DNA from: Chiloscyllium plagiosum
Lineage: Eukaryota
Length of the DNA stretch: 64,000 nt
Reading direction: 5' to 3'
NCBI RefSeq assembly: GCF_004010195.1
Contig: NC_057720.1
Span: 10,482,355-10,546,354, forward strand
The notes under the pieces are model-generated. The model was not told the DNA's origin and searched no databases. It saw only the letters and a list, made by a program, of their open reading frames with translations. The position numbers were made by a program, and so were the translations under genes. Of the stretch, positions 13,055 through 25,988 are shown one piece after another (positions within the stretch are counted from its first letter, which is position 1; every line of letters begins with the position of its first letter).

Positions 13055-13405
13055 TGGGTAGTGGCGTTGGTCTGGTAAGCCAGAACTCCAGGTTAATGCT
13101 TTGGGAACATGAGATCAAACCCCACCACAACACATGGTGAAATTTGAATTCAACGAAGGGAAAAAAATCTGTAAAATAAAAATAATCTAGTGTTAACCAT
13201 GAAAGCACTTGACTTTCATAAAAACTTTTCTTAGCTGATTAATGCCCCATAGGGAAGGAAATTTGCCGTCCTTACCAGGTCTGGTCTACATATGACACCA
13301 GACCCACAGCAATGTGATTGACACTTAACTGCCCCCCAGGCAATTCGGGATGGGCAATAAATGCTGGGCCTAGCTAGCAATGCCCCCATCCATGAATAAA
13401 TGTAA
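13055..13405 (+). mobile_element. SINE with a LINE-derived 3' tail; related copies near 27510-27860 and 43665-43920
   Basis: Shared block ggtctacatatgacaccagacccacagcaatgtgattgac and tail gggcaataaatgctgggcc. Confidence 0.65.
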
Positions 13406-13469
13406 TATAAAAGGTGCAACACAGTGGAGGGCACAGCACAGTGTTAGCCCTCACTGTGGGCACATTGCT

Positions 13470-13850
13470 TCAGCCTTGGACTCAGTTGGCAGTGCTCTCC
13501 CTCTGAGCTGAAGGCTTTAGATTCAGGATCTGTACCAGGACTTGGGCACAACTATGAAGGCTAATGTAGGATATCAGAGGTGACATCTTGCGCTGAGATC
13601 AGGTCATAGAGTAATAGAATCATGCAGCACTGAAACAGACTCTTCAATCCAACTCATCCTTGTGGATGTAACTGCTCTCTCAAGTGGACAGAAGGATCCC
13701 ATAGAGCTTTGAAGAAGGTCAGGTGATTGGCCCTAATCAACAAAAACCCCAACATCTCAAACAGACCAACTGGTTCTTATTGAACTTTGCCAGACCCTAT
13801 TGTACACAAACTGGCTGTGACACACACTACCTGAAAACAGGATTTACACT
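13470..13850 (+). mobile_element. Degraded Deu-domain-like SINE (SacSINE/AmnSINE type)
   Basis: tRNA-like head ctcagttggcagtgctctccctctgag and central ctctcaagtggac...gatcccatagagctttgaaga block; family assigned from memory. Confidence 0.45.
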
Positions 13851-14368
13851 GCAGTGGTAAAAGGTAAAGTCACCATCGTCCCAGAGGACTGCTCTCTCAG
13901 ATAGAGATGACTGGTGGTGGTTTCACCTGAGGATCGCTGTTCCTCAGGCCAGAGGAGAGGTTGACGAGGAGAGTCCTTCATATAACCTCAGCCAGTGCAG
14001 AAACTTAACTCACGCTATTGGTGTCATTGTGTATCACAAACCAACCATCTGAGCAAACTGACCCCGACTTCAATGGTACGTCATTGTCTGTGAAATGGTT
14101 TGTTAAAGCCATTGCTTATGAAAAGTACCATATGATACTGCTGACCCCAAGCCTGTTGCAGTCTCTGTGTGGGCAGGTCACATCATCCAAATCCGAGTGA
14201 GGATGGTTGCTTAAAATTATTTATTGTGTGACACCCACATAGTCCTCTTTCACAGCTTTCCAGCTGGCACTGTGCTCAGGGATAGGAGCCCCAGGAGCCC
14301 TCAGGTGCCTGCTCTTGAGGATATGTCATCCTGGGTCATGTCACAATGGTTGGTGGTTCTTGGTACCT

Positions 14369-14620
14369 CAGCAAAAGGGGGTTTCCTGGAGGGGTTGCCG
14401 TGGTCTGAAAGTGTTGTTCAGTACCCTGTCCCAATGATGAGATAGCAACACAGCTAAGTTACCCATGCACTGTGTTAGTTTGATTGTGGTTAACAGCAAA
14501 AGGGGGTTTCCTGGAGGGGTTGCCGTGGTCTGAAAGTGTTGTTCAGTACCCTGTCCCCATGCATGAGATAGCAACACAGCTAAGCTACACATGCACTGTG
14601 TTAGCTTGATTGTGGTTAAC
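14369..14620. repeat. Tandem duplication, 2 x about 125 bp
   Basis: cagcaaaagggggtttcctggaggggttgccgtggtctgaaag... starts at 14369 and again at 14494, with few mismatches. Confidence 0.95.
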
Positions 14621-14844
14621 AAGTCTGCTGCAGACCTAAGGAGAGAAATCTGCCTTCCTTACTTGGTCTGACCTACATGTGACTCCAGACCCCCAGTAAT
14701 GTGGTTGATTTTTAACTGACCTTTGAAATGGCCAAGCAAGATAGTCCCAAGGTCAACAAATGACGGCATTCCTAGTGACATCCAAATCACACAAGCGTAG
14801 CTCCTCGAAAATGGATTCACATGTAGACAGGGTGGTGAAGAAGG

Positions 14845-15052
14845 AGAAAGTGAGGACTGCAGATGCTGGAGATCAGAGCTGAAAATGTGTTGCTGGAAAA
14901 GCACAGCAGGTCAGGCAGCATCCAAGAAGCAAGAGAATCGACATTTCGGGCATGAGCCCTTCTTCAGGAAAGAAAGGCTCAGGCCTGAAACTTCGATTCT
15001 CCTGCTCCTTGGATGCTGCCTAACCTGCTGTGCTTTTCCAGCAACACATTTT
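14845..15052. mobile_element. Penelope-derived hairpin mini-element with flanking duplication
   Basis: Inverted copies of aaaatgtgttgctggaaaagcacagcaggtcaggcagcatccaag; flanked by cagggtggtgaagaagg at 14828-14844 and 15053-15069. Confidence 0.85.
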
Positions 15053-15292
15053 CAGGGTGGTGAAGAAGGCTTTCAGCATGCTTGCCTTCACCAGAGCATT
15101 GAGTACAGGAGCTGGGACATTTGTTACAGCTGTACAAGACCTTGGTAAGGCAACATTTGGAGTACTGTGTGCAGTTCTGATTTCTCTACGATACCAAGGA
15201 TATTATTAAACTAGAAAATATTTACTTGGATGCTGTCTGGACTGGAAATTTGACTTCCAAGGAGAGGTTGGATAGGCTGGGACTTTTTTCCA

Positions 15293-15832
15293 GGAGAAAG
15301 TGAGGATTGCAGATGCTGGAGATTAGAGTCGAGAATGTGGTGCTGGAAAAGCACAGCAGGTCAGGCAGCATCCAAGGAGCAGGAGAGTCGACGTTTTGGG
15401 CATAAGCCCTTCATCAGGACTGAGGTGATGAGCCTCGGGGGTGGAGAGATAAATGGGGGGGGTGGGGGGGCGGGGGGGCTGGAGTGAATGTAGCTGAGAA
15501 TGTGATAGGTGGATGGAGGTGAGGATAATGCTGATAGGTCAGAGGGGAGGGTGGAGCAAATGGGTGGGAAGGAAGATGGACAGGTAGGACAGGTCATGAG
15601 GGCGGTGCTGAGTTGAAAGGTTGGAACTGAGATAGGGCGGCCGAGGGGAAACACACACACACACACACCCACCCCCACCCACCTCTCACAGCTCCTTCGC
15701 GTCGGGCTGTTCGCCATTCCTGATAAAGGGCTTATGCCCAAAATGTCAATTCTTCTGCTCCTCGGATGCTGCCTGACCTGCTGTGCTTTTCCAGCACCAC
15801 ATTCTTGACTCTGATCTCCAGCATCTGCAGTC
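15293..15832. mobile_element. Penelope-like terminal fragment with inverted termini
   Basis: Same terminal sequence in both orientations (15293-15420 and 15715-15832) around a G-rich spacer; degenerate hammerhead cores. Confidence 0.8.
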
Positions 15833-16285
15833 NNNNNNNNNNNNNNNNNNNNNNNNNNNNNNNNNNNNNNNNNNNNNNNNNNNNNNNNNNNNNNNNNNNN
15901 NNNNNNNNNNNNNNNNNNNNNNNNNNNNNNNNNNNNNNNNNNNNNNNNNNNNNNNNNNNNNNNNNNNNNNNNNNNNNNNNNNNNNNNNNNNNNNNNNNNN
16001 NNNNNNNNNNNNNNNNNNNNNNNNNNNNNNNNNNNNNNNNNNNNNNNNNNNNNNNNNNNNNNNNNNNNNNNNNNNNNNNNNNNNNNNNNNNNNNNNNNNN
16101 NNNNNNNNNNNNNNNNNNNNNNNNNNNNNNNNNNNNNNNNNNNNNNNNNNNNNNNNNNNNNNNNNNNNNNNNNNNNNNNNNNNNNNNNNNNNNNNNNNNN
16201 NNNNNNNNNNNNNNNNNNNNNNNNNNNNNNNNNNNNNNNNNNNNNNNNNNNNNNNNNNNNNNNNNNNNNNNNNNNNNNNNNNNNN

Positions 16286-16693
16286 TATGAGGACAGGCTG
16301 AGGCACTTGGGGTTGTTTTCATTGGAGAAAAGAAGGTGTAGGGGTTACTTGATAGAGGTGTACAAGATGATTAGGGGTTTAGATAGGGTCGACAGTGAGA
16401 ATCTTTTTCCACGTATGGAGTCAGCTATTACAAGGGGGCATAGCTTTAAATTAAGGGGTGGTAGGTATAGGACAGATGTTAGGGGTAGGTTCTTTACTCA
16501 GCGAGTCGTGAGTTCATGGAATGCCCTGCCAGTAACAGTGGTGGACTCTCCCTCATTATGGGCACTTAAGCGGGCATTGGATAGGCATATGGAGGATAGT
16601 GGGCTAGTGTAGGTTAGGTGGGCTTGGATCGGCGCAACATCGAGGGCCGAAGGGCCTGTACTGCGCTGTATTCTTCTATGTTCTATGTTCTAT
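16286..16693 (+). mobile_element. Young CR1 3' end
   Basis: LGLFSLEKRR...FFTQRVV..WNALP; (ttctatg)n tail. Confidence 0.9.
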
Positions 16694-16984
16694 GATTCAG
16701 CCAAAGACACACAAGGATTTAATTTCACACAGCAAACAATATGGATTCTTTATTAACCAACCAGTTCATGCTTTTTGTTGCTTATCACAGTTCCATTGAC
16801 TTTTGCCTCTCAGTATTGCAGCTACACATAGGATCAGATACAAACACCTCAACATGGCCCGCCCACCAGGGTAACTTCATTCCCATTGGACATGCACACC
16901 CCACAGGATGCCAGCCCAGCGCTCAGAGACTGGAATGCCTACCTGCTATCTGGTAAAGACTGGATGGGGATTTTTTTTTGCTTC

Positions 16985-17512
16985 AGCAGGAGGAAGAGCG
17001 GGAGCTTTGACCAGGGGGCTGACGGGAAGGTGAATCACTGATTTAAAACTTACCTCGTGAATAGGTGGAGCGCACTCTGAGCAAGAGGGTGGAAAGGGAA
17101 CCGGCAGGCAGTGCAGGAACCCCTGCGGTTGTTCCCCTCAATAACAATTATACTATTTTGGATGCTGTTGGGGATGTACTTACCAACGGGAAGCCACGGG
17201 GTACAGGACTGTGGCACAGAGTCTGTCCTTCTTGCTCAGAAGGCAATGGGGTAAAGGGGCAGAGCATCAGTCACTGGGGACTCCATAGTTAGGGGGACAG
17301 AAAGGAGGTTCGGTGGGAATGATTGGTGTGTTGCTTCCCAGGTGCCATGGTTCATGATGTCTCGGATCGTGTTTTCAGGATCCTTGAGGGGGAAGGGGAG
17401 CAGCCCCAAATTGTGGTCCACATAGGCATGAAGGACATAGATAGGAAGAGAAATGTGGATTTAAGGCAGAAATTCAGGGAGCTAGGGTGGAAGCTTAGTG
17501 CTAGAACAAACT
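16985..17512 (+). mobile_element. CR1 5' region with ORF1 SGNH/GDSL-esterase remnant
   Basis: GDSIVRGT and VCCFPGA...VVHIG motifs typical of CR1 ORF1 esterase. Confidence 0.8.
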
Positions 17513-17630
17513 TTAAGCCGGCAGTTAGTGGTGTCGATAGTAGTCATGATTTGGAGATGCCGGTGTTGGACTGGGGTGTACAAAGTTAAAAATCACACAA
17601 CACCAGGTTATAGTCCAACAGGTTTAATTG

Positions 17631-17672
17631 GAAGCACACTAGCTTTCGGAGCGACGCTCCTTCATCAGGTGG
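17631..17672 (-). ncRNA. Minimal hammerhead ribozyme motif (Penelope family 2)
   Basis: Minus strand cac-CUGAUGA-a-GGAGC-guc-GCUCC-GAAA-GC-UA-gug: intact core, 5-bp helix II, palindromic AGCU helix III, CAC/GUG helix I. Confidence 0.8.
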
Positions 17673-18035
17673 TTGTGGAGGCTTAAAGTGGAGAGGATCT
17701 CCAAGAAGATCGCACATATCGACACAGACATCAAGTTTCTACAGGAATGCAGGCAAGCAGGAAAGATCCCGAAAGGATTACGGATCACGAACCCACTTAG
17801 GTCGACCTACAACACAGACTACGCAGAGGGACTTTGTCACTGCACCTCTCATAAACTTCTCACAACTTTAAAAAAAAAGGGTTTTGTGATTTACACATGA
17901 AAGAAGTGAAACTATCACTGTATTCTAACAGATGAAAGGCTTAACAGACAATCAATTCTTCAATGTATAATTTCAGTTACATCACACTGCAAATTTTTGC
18001 TATAAATTCTGTGTTACGATCGAGCCCTCCACAAT

Positions 18036-18072
18036 CACCTGATGAAGGAGCGTCGCTCTGAAAGCTAGTGTG
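18036..18072 (+). ncRNA. Minimal hammerhead ribozyme motif (Penelope family 2)
   Basis: cac-CTGATGA-a-GGAGC-gtc-GCTCT-GAAA-GCTA-gtg, with a G-U pair at the base of helix II. Confidence 0.75.
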
Positions 18073-18794
18073 CTTCCAATTAAACCTGTTGGACTATAAC
18101 CTGGTGTTGTGTGATTTTTAACTCTGCTCCCTTTAGTTCCCTTTTTATCAATATTGTTGCCACTGGAAACTTTGATTCTGATCTAATGAAGTTTCCCTGA
18201 TTCAATTAATTCTCCCCTTTTATTCTTCCCTGCCCTGTGGGTTCCTGCTGAACCCCACAATTGCAGGAATGGGTTGTTTTAATTTGGTCTGTCGGGTGAT
18301 AGTAAAATATACCACCGAGCCACAGTTTTATGAATGAATGAGTGAGACCGCGTTATAGTAGCGATTTATGAATGAGTAAATAAAAAGCGCTTGTGAGTGG
18401 GTGAATGAAGAGATCTATAATCTCGAATCCCACAACAGCATTATCTTATTTCCACTTGTCAAAAGAAGTTTCTGATGTTTAGATGCACAATCTGTTCTCT
18501 GTGGTGAGACTACTCAACAATCCGAGCAGTGTTAGTATTTGAGCTCATAATTTAAAGTAATCTGAAATATATTTTGCTGCCACAATAAATGCAGAGTTTT
18601 AATGAAGGAATGCTCCAGGGAAGGGAGACAAAAGATCAGTGAGCGACTTCAATACTGACTTCCATTTATGAGGCTTTTGTTTCAGCAATGTGCTTGCGTA
18701 CAGTGGTTTGCAAAGTTCAGCACTAACTGTTCCCATATGTTTATATGTTATTGTCAGGGATAGTGATAATGTCACTGGACTGAGGGCCAGGCTA

Positions 18795-19712
18795 ATGCTC
18801 TGGAGACCAGAGTGTGGTGCTGGGAAAGCACAGCAGGTCAGGCAGCATCTGAGGAGCTGGAGAATCGACCTTTCGGGCATAAACCCTTCATCAGGAATTA
18901 GGCTTGTGGACCTGGGTGGGGAGAGAAATAAATGGGAGGGGGTGGAGCTGGGGGGGAAGGTATCTGAGAATGCAATAGGTCGGTGAAGGTGGGGGAGAAG
19001 GTGATAGGCCAGAGAGGAGTGTGGAGCAGATAGATGGGAAAGGTGATGGACAGGTCAAGAGGGCGGTGCCAAATTGGAGGTTGGGACTGGGATAAGGTGG
19101 GGGGAGGGGAAATGAGGAAACTGGTGAAATCCGCATTAATCCCTTGTGGTTGCAGGGTCCCAAGGCAAAAGATGAGGCATTCTTCCTCCAGGTGTCGAAT
19201 GGTTGGAGTTCAGTGATGGAGGACGCTCAGGACCTGCATGTCCTTGGGGGAGCGGGAGGGGGAGTTGAAGTGTTCAGCCAAAGAGCGGTGAGGTTGATTG
19301 GTGCACCTGTCCCAAAGATGTTCTCTGAAATGATCCACATGTTGGCATCCTGTCTCCCCGATGTAGAGGAGACCACATTGGGTGCAACAAATACAGCAGA
19401 TAACATTTGTGGAAGTACAGGTAAATTTCTATCGGATGCGGAAGGATCCTTTGGGGCCTTGGATAGAGGTGAGGGGGTTAGGCGTGGATACAGGTTTTGC
19501 ACTTCTTGCAGTAGCAGGGGAAGGTGCTGGGTATGGGGTATGTGCTGGTGGGGGCTGCAAGGATCTGACAAGGGAGGCGGAGGGAATGGTCTCTCCGAAA
19601 TGCTAATAGGAGTGAGGAGGGAAATATATCCCTAGTGGTATCTGTTTGTAGGTGGTGGAAATAGTGGAGGATGATGTGATGTACACAGAGGTTGGTGGGG
19701 TGGAAGATGAAG
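18795..19712 (-). mobile_element. Penelope-like element 3' part (GIY-YIG region and terminus)
   Basis: Minus-strand ICCICCTQCGLLYIGET-like coding remnant at about 19340-19410; terminus with CTGATGA-agggtttatgccc-GAAA at about 18862-18898. Confidence 0.8.
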
Positions 19713-20354
19713 ACCCACCTCTAGTGCATTCTCAGCTACCTTCCCCCAGCTCTAACCCCTCCCAATTATCTCTCAGCACCCCCCGGCCCACAAGCCTTAT
19801 TCCCAAAAGCACAACAGGTCAGGCATCAGGCATATTGTCTTGCGATAGTTGCTGTGTTTAATTCCCAACCCCCTTTAGACGTGATTATTTTGTAGTTTTG
19901 AATGATATTAGCATCCTCAGTTGGGAAGACCAATGCAATGTATATCTCCAGCTCCTCTGTCATTTTCTTGTTCCTGATTATTATTTCCCCAGCCTCAATC
20001 TCTAAGGGGCTATGTTTACTTTGGCATCTTCTTCATCCATCAGTTCAGTCCTGTAGGAATGGAAAACCACTATTTCCAGCTGGTCTGGCCTCCATGTGAC
20101 TCCAGACCACTGCAATGTGGTGGATTCTTGACTGCCTGCTGGGCAATTAGGAATGGACACTCTAGCGAGGGACTCTCACATGTTCCACCTAGTATGGTGG
20201 TCAAGCATAATGATTAGGTCTTTAGGAAGCAGACCGAAATGCATTCTCCCGACGAAAGCCAGAGTGTGTGTGACATCAGTGGAATGGGTGGAATCAATGT
20301 ACCATGAACATTGTCCCCTTCAGAACCATGAATGTACAGCATGATTGATGACTA

Positions 20355-21460
20355 CTAGAGTCTAAGAGATTTTTAGCACAGAAATAGTTGTTTCGATCCA
20401 ACCGGTCCCTGCCAACCAGATATCCTAAATTATGTTAGGGTCCCATTTGCCACCATTTTGCCCATATCCCTCTCCACCCTTCCTATTCATGCACCCATCC
20501 AGATGCCTTTTCAATGTTGCAATTATACCAGCCTCATCACTTCCTCTGGCAACTCATTCCATACACACACCACCCTCTGTGTGAATAGGTTGTTAGGTTC
20601 CTTTTAAATATTTGTCATCTCATCCTAAATCTATGCTCTCTAGTTCTGGGCTCCCCCACCCCAGGGAAAAGACCTTGTCTATTTACCCTATCCATTCTCC
20701 TCATGAATCTATAAACCTCTATAAGGTCACCCCTCACCCTCTGGTGCTCCAGGGAAAACAGCCCCAGCCTATTCAGCCTCTCCCTATAGCTTAAACCCTC
20801 CAACATTGGTAACGTCCTTGTAAATCTTTTCTGAACCCTTTCAAGTTTAACATCTTTTCCAAGGCAAGGAGTTCAAAGTTGAACACAGTATTCCAAAAGA
20901 GGCCTAAGCAATGTTCTATACAGCCACAACATGACCTCCCAACTCCTGTACTCAATGCACTGACCAGTAAAGGCAAGTGTACCAAACATCTTCTTCACTA
21001 CATTGTCCACTGCAACTCCACTTTGAAGGAACAATGAATCTGCACCCCAAGGTTTCTTTATTCAGCAACACTCCCCCGGACCTTACCATTAAGTGCATAG
21101 GTTCTGCACTGACTTGCCTACCCAAAATGTAGCACTTCACATTTATCGAGATTAAACTCCATCTGCCACTCCTCAGCTCATCTGATCAAGGTCCTGTTAT
21201 ACTTAAAGGCAGCCTTCTTCAGTGTCCACTGCACCACCAATTTTGGTGCCATCTGCAAATTTACTGACCATGCCTCCTATATTCATATCCATAACCATAT
21301 CCTTTATATAAGTGACAAAGAGCAGTGCAATCAGCACCGATCCTTGTGGCACCCACTGGTCACAGGCCTCCAGTCTGAAAAGCAACTCTCCACCACCACC
21401 CTCTGTCTCTTACCATTCAGCCAGTTCTGTGTCCAAAAGGCAAGTTCTTCCTGTGTTCTA
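20355..21460 (-). mobile_element. CR1 LINE RT and 3' fragment
   Basis: VPQGSVL, SKFADGTKIGG and LSYRERLNRLGLFSLE motifs. Confidence 0.88.
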
Positions 21461-21662
21461 CTTGTTAGACTTTACCTCACAAACTTAGGCCTTTGAATTG
21501 AATTGCATTGTAACTTGCTGCAAGTCCAGGGAATTAACGTCTGTGACCTGAGTAAACTGGGGAAGCATATGGACTGAACTGATCAGATTGAAATTAATTG
21601 CACAAGAACTGAGGAAGTAGTATAAATTTGTATGGGTGAGTTCAATAAGACAGTTCGGAACA

Positions 21663-21839
21663 CAGGGCAACCTCCATTACCTGAATGACACGGGCGGGAA
21701 ATATTTTGTTTGGATCATCGAATGTTCGGATAATTGAATGTTTGCACAGTACAGTTTACCCAAACATTGGGACCATGAGATCTTGTTTGGTTAATCCGGA
21801 ATTTGGATAATCAATGTTCGGACAACCGAGATTGTACTG
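21663..21839. mobile_element. Tigger/mariner-type MITE
   Basis: Imperfect TIRs cagggcaacctccattacctgaa / ttcggacaaccgagattgtactg and internal ttcggataat repeats. Confidence 0.55.
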
Positions 21840-22626
21840 TCAATGATAAGTGTGAGGGGTCGTCTTGTGGCATAGTGATAAATTCCCCTACTCTTAGACT
21901 AAGCAGCCAGGGTTCAAGTCCTGCCTGCTCCAGAGGTGTGTAATAATATCTCTGAATAGCTTGATCAGAAAAATGAATCCAATGAAAAGAAATAGGTTGT
22001 AGGTATGCATACACCCTCATTAAGATGGCAGCAAAGACTCATGTTTTAAACATAATAGACCCAAGCAAAGAGGAGGTGAAAAAAGGAAAGATTGAATTGG
22101 TAAACCAGGTCTTTCTGTCGGTGACAATGTTTGAATAAAGTGAATGGCAGCTGGAGGGATTTTTACGGTTGCAATTCCTGAAGATACCGCCAGCTCAGGA
22201 TTTCCTTCCACTCCATTTCCTGATCCTATGTTATTGCTTCAATTCTAACACGAACCATTCAATACAGACTCTTCAGCCATTATGTCATGCTCTCTGCAAA
22301 TTCTTTTCAAAACCATTTTCCCTCTTTGTTATTCTTTTAAAAGGCCGTGCAAGCGTTTATCCCTTTCACCACAGTTTAGTTTCCATGTTCCTTGCTCAAT
22401 GTACATCTCCTCTCAATCCCTGAGTCACTTTGCCTTCAGCAGCCTTAGGATCTAAGCTCAGGGATTCCTTAAACCTCTCTGCCTCTCTCACATCCTTTAA
22501 ATTGGTCTTTAAAATCGATCTTTTTAACCTAGCCTTTTGTCATTTCTCCCAATCTCCTATGTGGTTCAATATCCCATTGTCTATTATGCTCCCACTTTGT
22601 CTTGAGGTGGCTTTATGATGTAAAGA

Positions 22627-24450
22627 TGTTAAGTATGTAAGTTAGCTCGCTGAACTTGAAGGCTTGTTTGCAGACATTTCATCAGTATACGAGGTAACAT
22701 CATCAGTGAGAGGCTCTTGTGATGTGCTGGTGGTATGTCCCACCTCTCCATTTATAGTCTTAGTTTCTTAAGGTGGGTGATGTCATTTCTGTTTTTTTTC
22801 AAGGAAAGGTAGGTAGGGTCTAAATCAATGTGTTTACTAATAGAATTCTGGTTAGAATGCCATGCCTCTAAGACTTGGAGATGCCGGTGTTGGACTGGGG
22901 TGTACAAACTTAAAAATCACACACACCACGTTATAGTCCAACAGGTTTAATTGGAAGCACACTAGCTTCGAAAGTTAGTGTGCTTCCAATTAAACCTGTT
23001 GGACTATAACTTGGTGTTGTGTGATTTTTAACTTTATGCCTCTAAGAATTCTCGTGCATGTCTTTGTTTTGCCTATCTTAGGATGTGTATGTTGTCCCAG
23101 TAAAAGTGGTGTCCTTCTTTGTCTATATGTATAGAAACTAATGATAGTGGGTCTTGTGTTTTGGTGGCCAGTTGGTGTTCATGTATCCTGATGGAAAATT
23201 TCTTGCTAGTATGCTCGATGTAGTGTCTTTTTTTTACAGTTCTTGTATGATATTTTGTAAATGGCGTTAGTTTTGCTGGTGTTATCTATTGGATCCTTTA
23301 GGTTCATTAGTCACTATTTAAGTGTGTTAGTAGGTGTGTGGGCGACCTTGATGCCAAGGGGGTCTGAGTAGTCTGGAAATCATTTCTGCTGTGCCTTTGA
23401 TGTAAGGTCATGTGGCTATCGTTTTTGTTTGCATTGTGTCTACTTGTTTGCGTTTGTTTCTGAGGAATCAGCGAATTGTGTTTATTGGGTACTCTTTTTT
23501 TTGAAAACGTTGTATAGATATTTTTCTTCTGCTTTTTGTAGTTCTTGGGTGCTGCAGTGTGATATAGTTCATTGAAATAATGTCTTGGTGCAGCTTCGTT
23601 TGTGGGTGTTGGATTGATTGCTGCTGAAGTTAAGTATTTGGTCCTTGTGTGTAGTTTTTCTGTAGACACTGGTTTGGAGTTCTCCGTTAACTGTATGTTC
23701 AACTGTCACATCTAGGAATGGGAGTCTGTTGTCATCCTCCTCCTCTTTTGTGAATTTTATGCCTGTCAGGATATTGTTGAAGGTGTTGTATGTTTCCTCT
23801 AATATGTTCCGTTTAGTGATAACAAAGGTGACATCTATGTAGCAGACCCAAAGTTTGGGTTGGATAGATGGGAGGGCAGCTTGTTAAAGTCACTGCATTA
23901 CTGCTTCCGCCATGAGCCATGATATTGGTGATCCCATAGGTGTTCCATTCACTTGTTTGTAGGTTTTGTTAGTGAATGTGAAGTGGGTGGTGAAGGACAG
24001 GTCCTTGAGCTTGAGGTTGTTATCTTTGCTGATGAAGTTGGTGCTGCCAGGTGGTTGTGGCCCTGGTTTTCCTAGTAGTGATGCCAGTGTTTCTTTGGCA
24101 AGATCGGTGTTAATTGATGTGAAAAGGGCTGAAACATCAAAGATGACCATTATTTTGTCCTCATCTATCTTGGTGTCTTTGATGGTGTTCAGGAATTTTT
24201 GGATGGAGTGAATGGAGTGTGAATCTTCAATTAGGTGTCTTACTTTTTGGTGGAGTTATTTGGCTAGTCGTTATGTTAGTGTACCAGGTAGGGAGACTAA
24301 GGGTCTGAGGGGGCTGCTGGTTTGTGCATTTTGGGTAATCCATAGAAGCGTGGTGTGTTGGATCCATCTGGTTTCATGTTTTGGAAGCCTGTCCTGTTTG
24401 ATTCTCCTGATTTTTAAAAATGATGTTAAAAAGGATGAGATTCTGTTTAA
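22627..24450 (-). mobile_element. Penelope-like retroelement (RT, GIY-YIG and 3' terminus), degraded; contains a nested family-2 mini-element at 22874-23035
   Basis: MVIFDVSALFTSI...YKQVNGTPMGSPIS RT motifs. Terminus has CTGATGA-tgttacc...GAAATGTC (about 22672-22708). The nested piece is flanked by atgcctctaaga duplications. Confidence 0.9.
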
Positions 24451-24671
24451 TAATTGTGGGTTCTGGATTAGTGATGCTGGAAGACGACAGCAGTTCAGGC
24501 AGCATCCGAGGAGCAGTAAAATCGACGTTTCGGGCAAATGCCCAAACGCCGATTTTACTGCTCCTCAGATGCTGCCTGAACTGCTGTGCTCTTCCAGCTC
24601 CACTAATGCAGAATCTGGTTTCCAGCTTCTGCAGTCATTGTTTTTATTTAATAATTGAGGGGTCAGGTTTA

Positions 24672-24685
24672 CTGCCACCTGCTGG
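24672..24685 (-). promoter_or_regulatory. CTCF-like binding motif
   Basis: Minus strand CCAGCAGGTGGCAG matches the CTCF core CCASYAGRKGGCRS in apparently unique sequence; motif match only. Confidence 0.35.
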
Positions 24686-24964
24686 TAAGTGTTGGTATCT
24701 GCAACTAGTGCATTTGCCTCCAAAAGAGAAAATGCTAGAAAATCTCAGCAGGTCTGGCAGCATATGTATGGAGAGAAAAGAGCTGACGTTTTGAGTCTAA
24801 CTCACCCTTTGTCAAAGTGCATTTGCCTTTTTAAGATTGTCAGATTTTTTTCAAAATACCAGTCATGCATCCCTTATCTGCTGGTAGGATGACAATACTT
24901 TTCTAAGGTTTTAATTTCTCGAGCATTAAGTGTGTTTCCTTCCATTTTTCGGCCTGGCATCACT

Positions 24965-25252
24965 GGGGTGGCATGATGGCTCAGTGGCTAGCATTGCTGT
25001 CTCACAGCGCTAGGGACCCAGGTTCGATTTCCATCTTGGGCGACTGTCTGTGTGGAGTTTGCACATTCTCCCCGTGTCTGCGTGGGTTTCCTCCCACAGT
25101 CCAAAGATGAAATTACCCGTGGAGTTAGGTGCGTTAGTCAGGGGTAAATATGGGGAATGGTTCTGGGTGGGTTACTCTTCGGAGTTTCGGTGTGGACTAG
25201 TTGGGCCGAAGGGCCTGTTTCCATGCTGTAGGGAATCTAATCTAATCTAATC
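24965..25252 (+). mobile_element. HE1-type tRNA SINE
   Basis: A box tggctcagtgg, B box ggttcgattt, (tctaa)n tail. Confidence 0.9.
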
Positions 25253-25759
25253 ACTATGAGGAAAACCAGCACCACAACCACCATTTAGCACCACCTTCAT
25301 ATGGGTTTGGGGAGAATTCTGATGTCAACATTAAGTTGTGGAGCAGTCAGAGATAATGAATATTCAGTGACTCAATAGGAGTCTGTTTAACCAGGGAGCA
25401 TATTCCCCACAATGACCCATTTCTGCCACTGATTTATTGCAACCGGTTTTCCCAACAATGGCGGGACTGCGATATATGATCTCTCCTATGATTATAGAGG
25501 CCGACTCATCAATATAGGTCACTCTGGGAGGCTGCATTACATCCTTCCCACTGTTACAGATCAACAAACTTTGATCAAAATGCTGAGGTCACAGACCTGA
25601 AGAATTAACTCTGTTCACCTTTTCAAAATGCTGCCAGATCTACTGAGTATTTCCAGCATTTTCCCATTTAATTTCTGACTTCTATCAGTGGTACCTTGAT
25701 TTAATATTACATTTGTTAAGCTGTAAGATCAGGATAGACTTTGCCAAAGTTGTGAAGCA

Positions 25760-25988
25760 CAGGTTGTTCTGCTATAACGTGTGTTTCGTCAAAGCGAATT
25801 CGCTATAATGTAATTGATGAATTGTGGACGTTGTTTGGATCGTGCGAACCTTCTGCTGAATGAGTATAATGATTTTCTGTTACTGATCTTCTACAGTGCG
25901 ATTTTCTATCGCGGTAATCTACAGCACAATTTGCTACAGTGCGAGGTTGCAGAGGAACACAACTGTCACAATAGAGCAGAAAGACCTG
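25760..25988. mobile_element. Tigger-type MITE
   Basis: TIRs caggttgttctgctat / agagcagaaagacctg followed by TA. Confidence 0.6.

Larger units (their letters stand above)
17546..18123 (+). mobile_element. Internally deleted Penelope-like element: inverted terminus, ORF N-terminus, 3' terminus
   Basis: About 95-bp inverted termini (17585-17681 and 18026-18123). The intervening frame LKVERISKKIAHIDTDIKFLQECRQAGKIPKGL resembles the Penelope ORF N-terminal FL..C....IPKGL motif. Confidence 0.8.
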
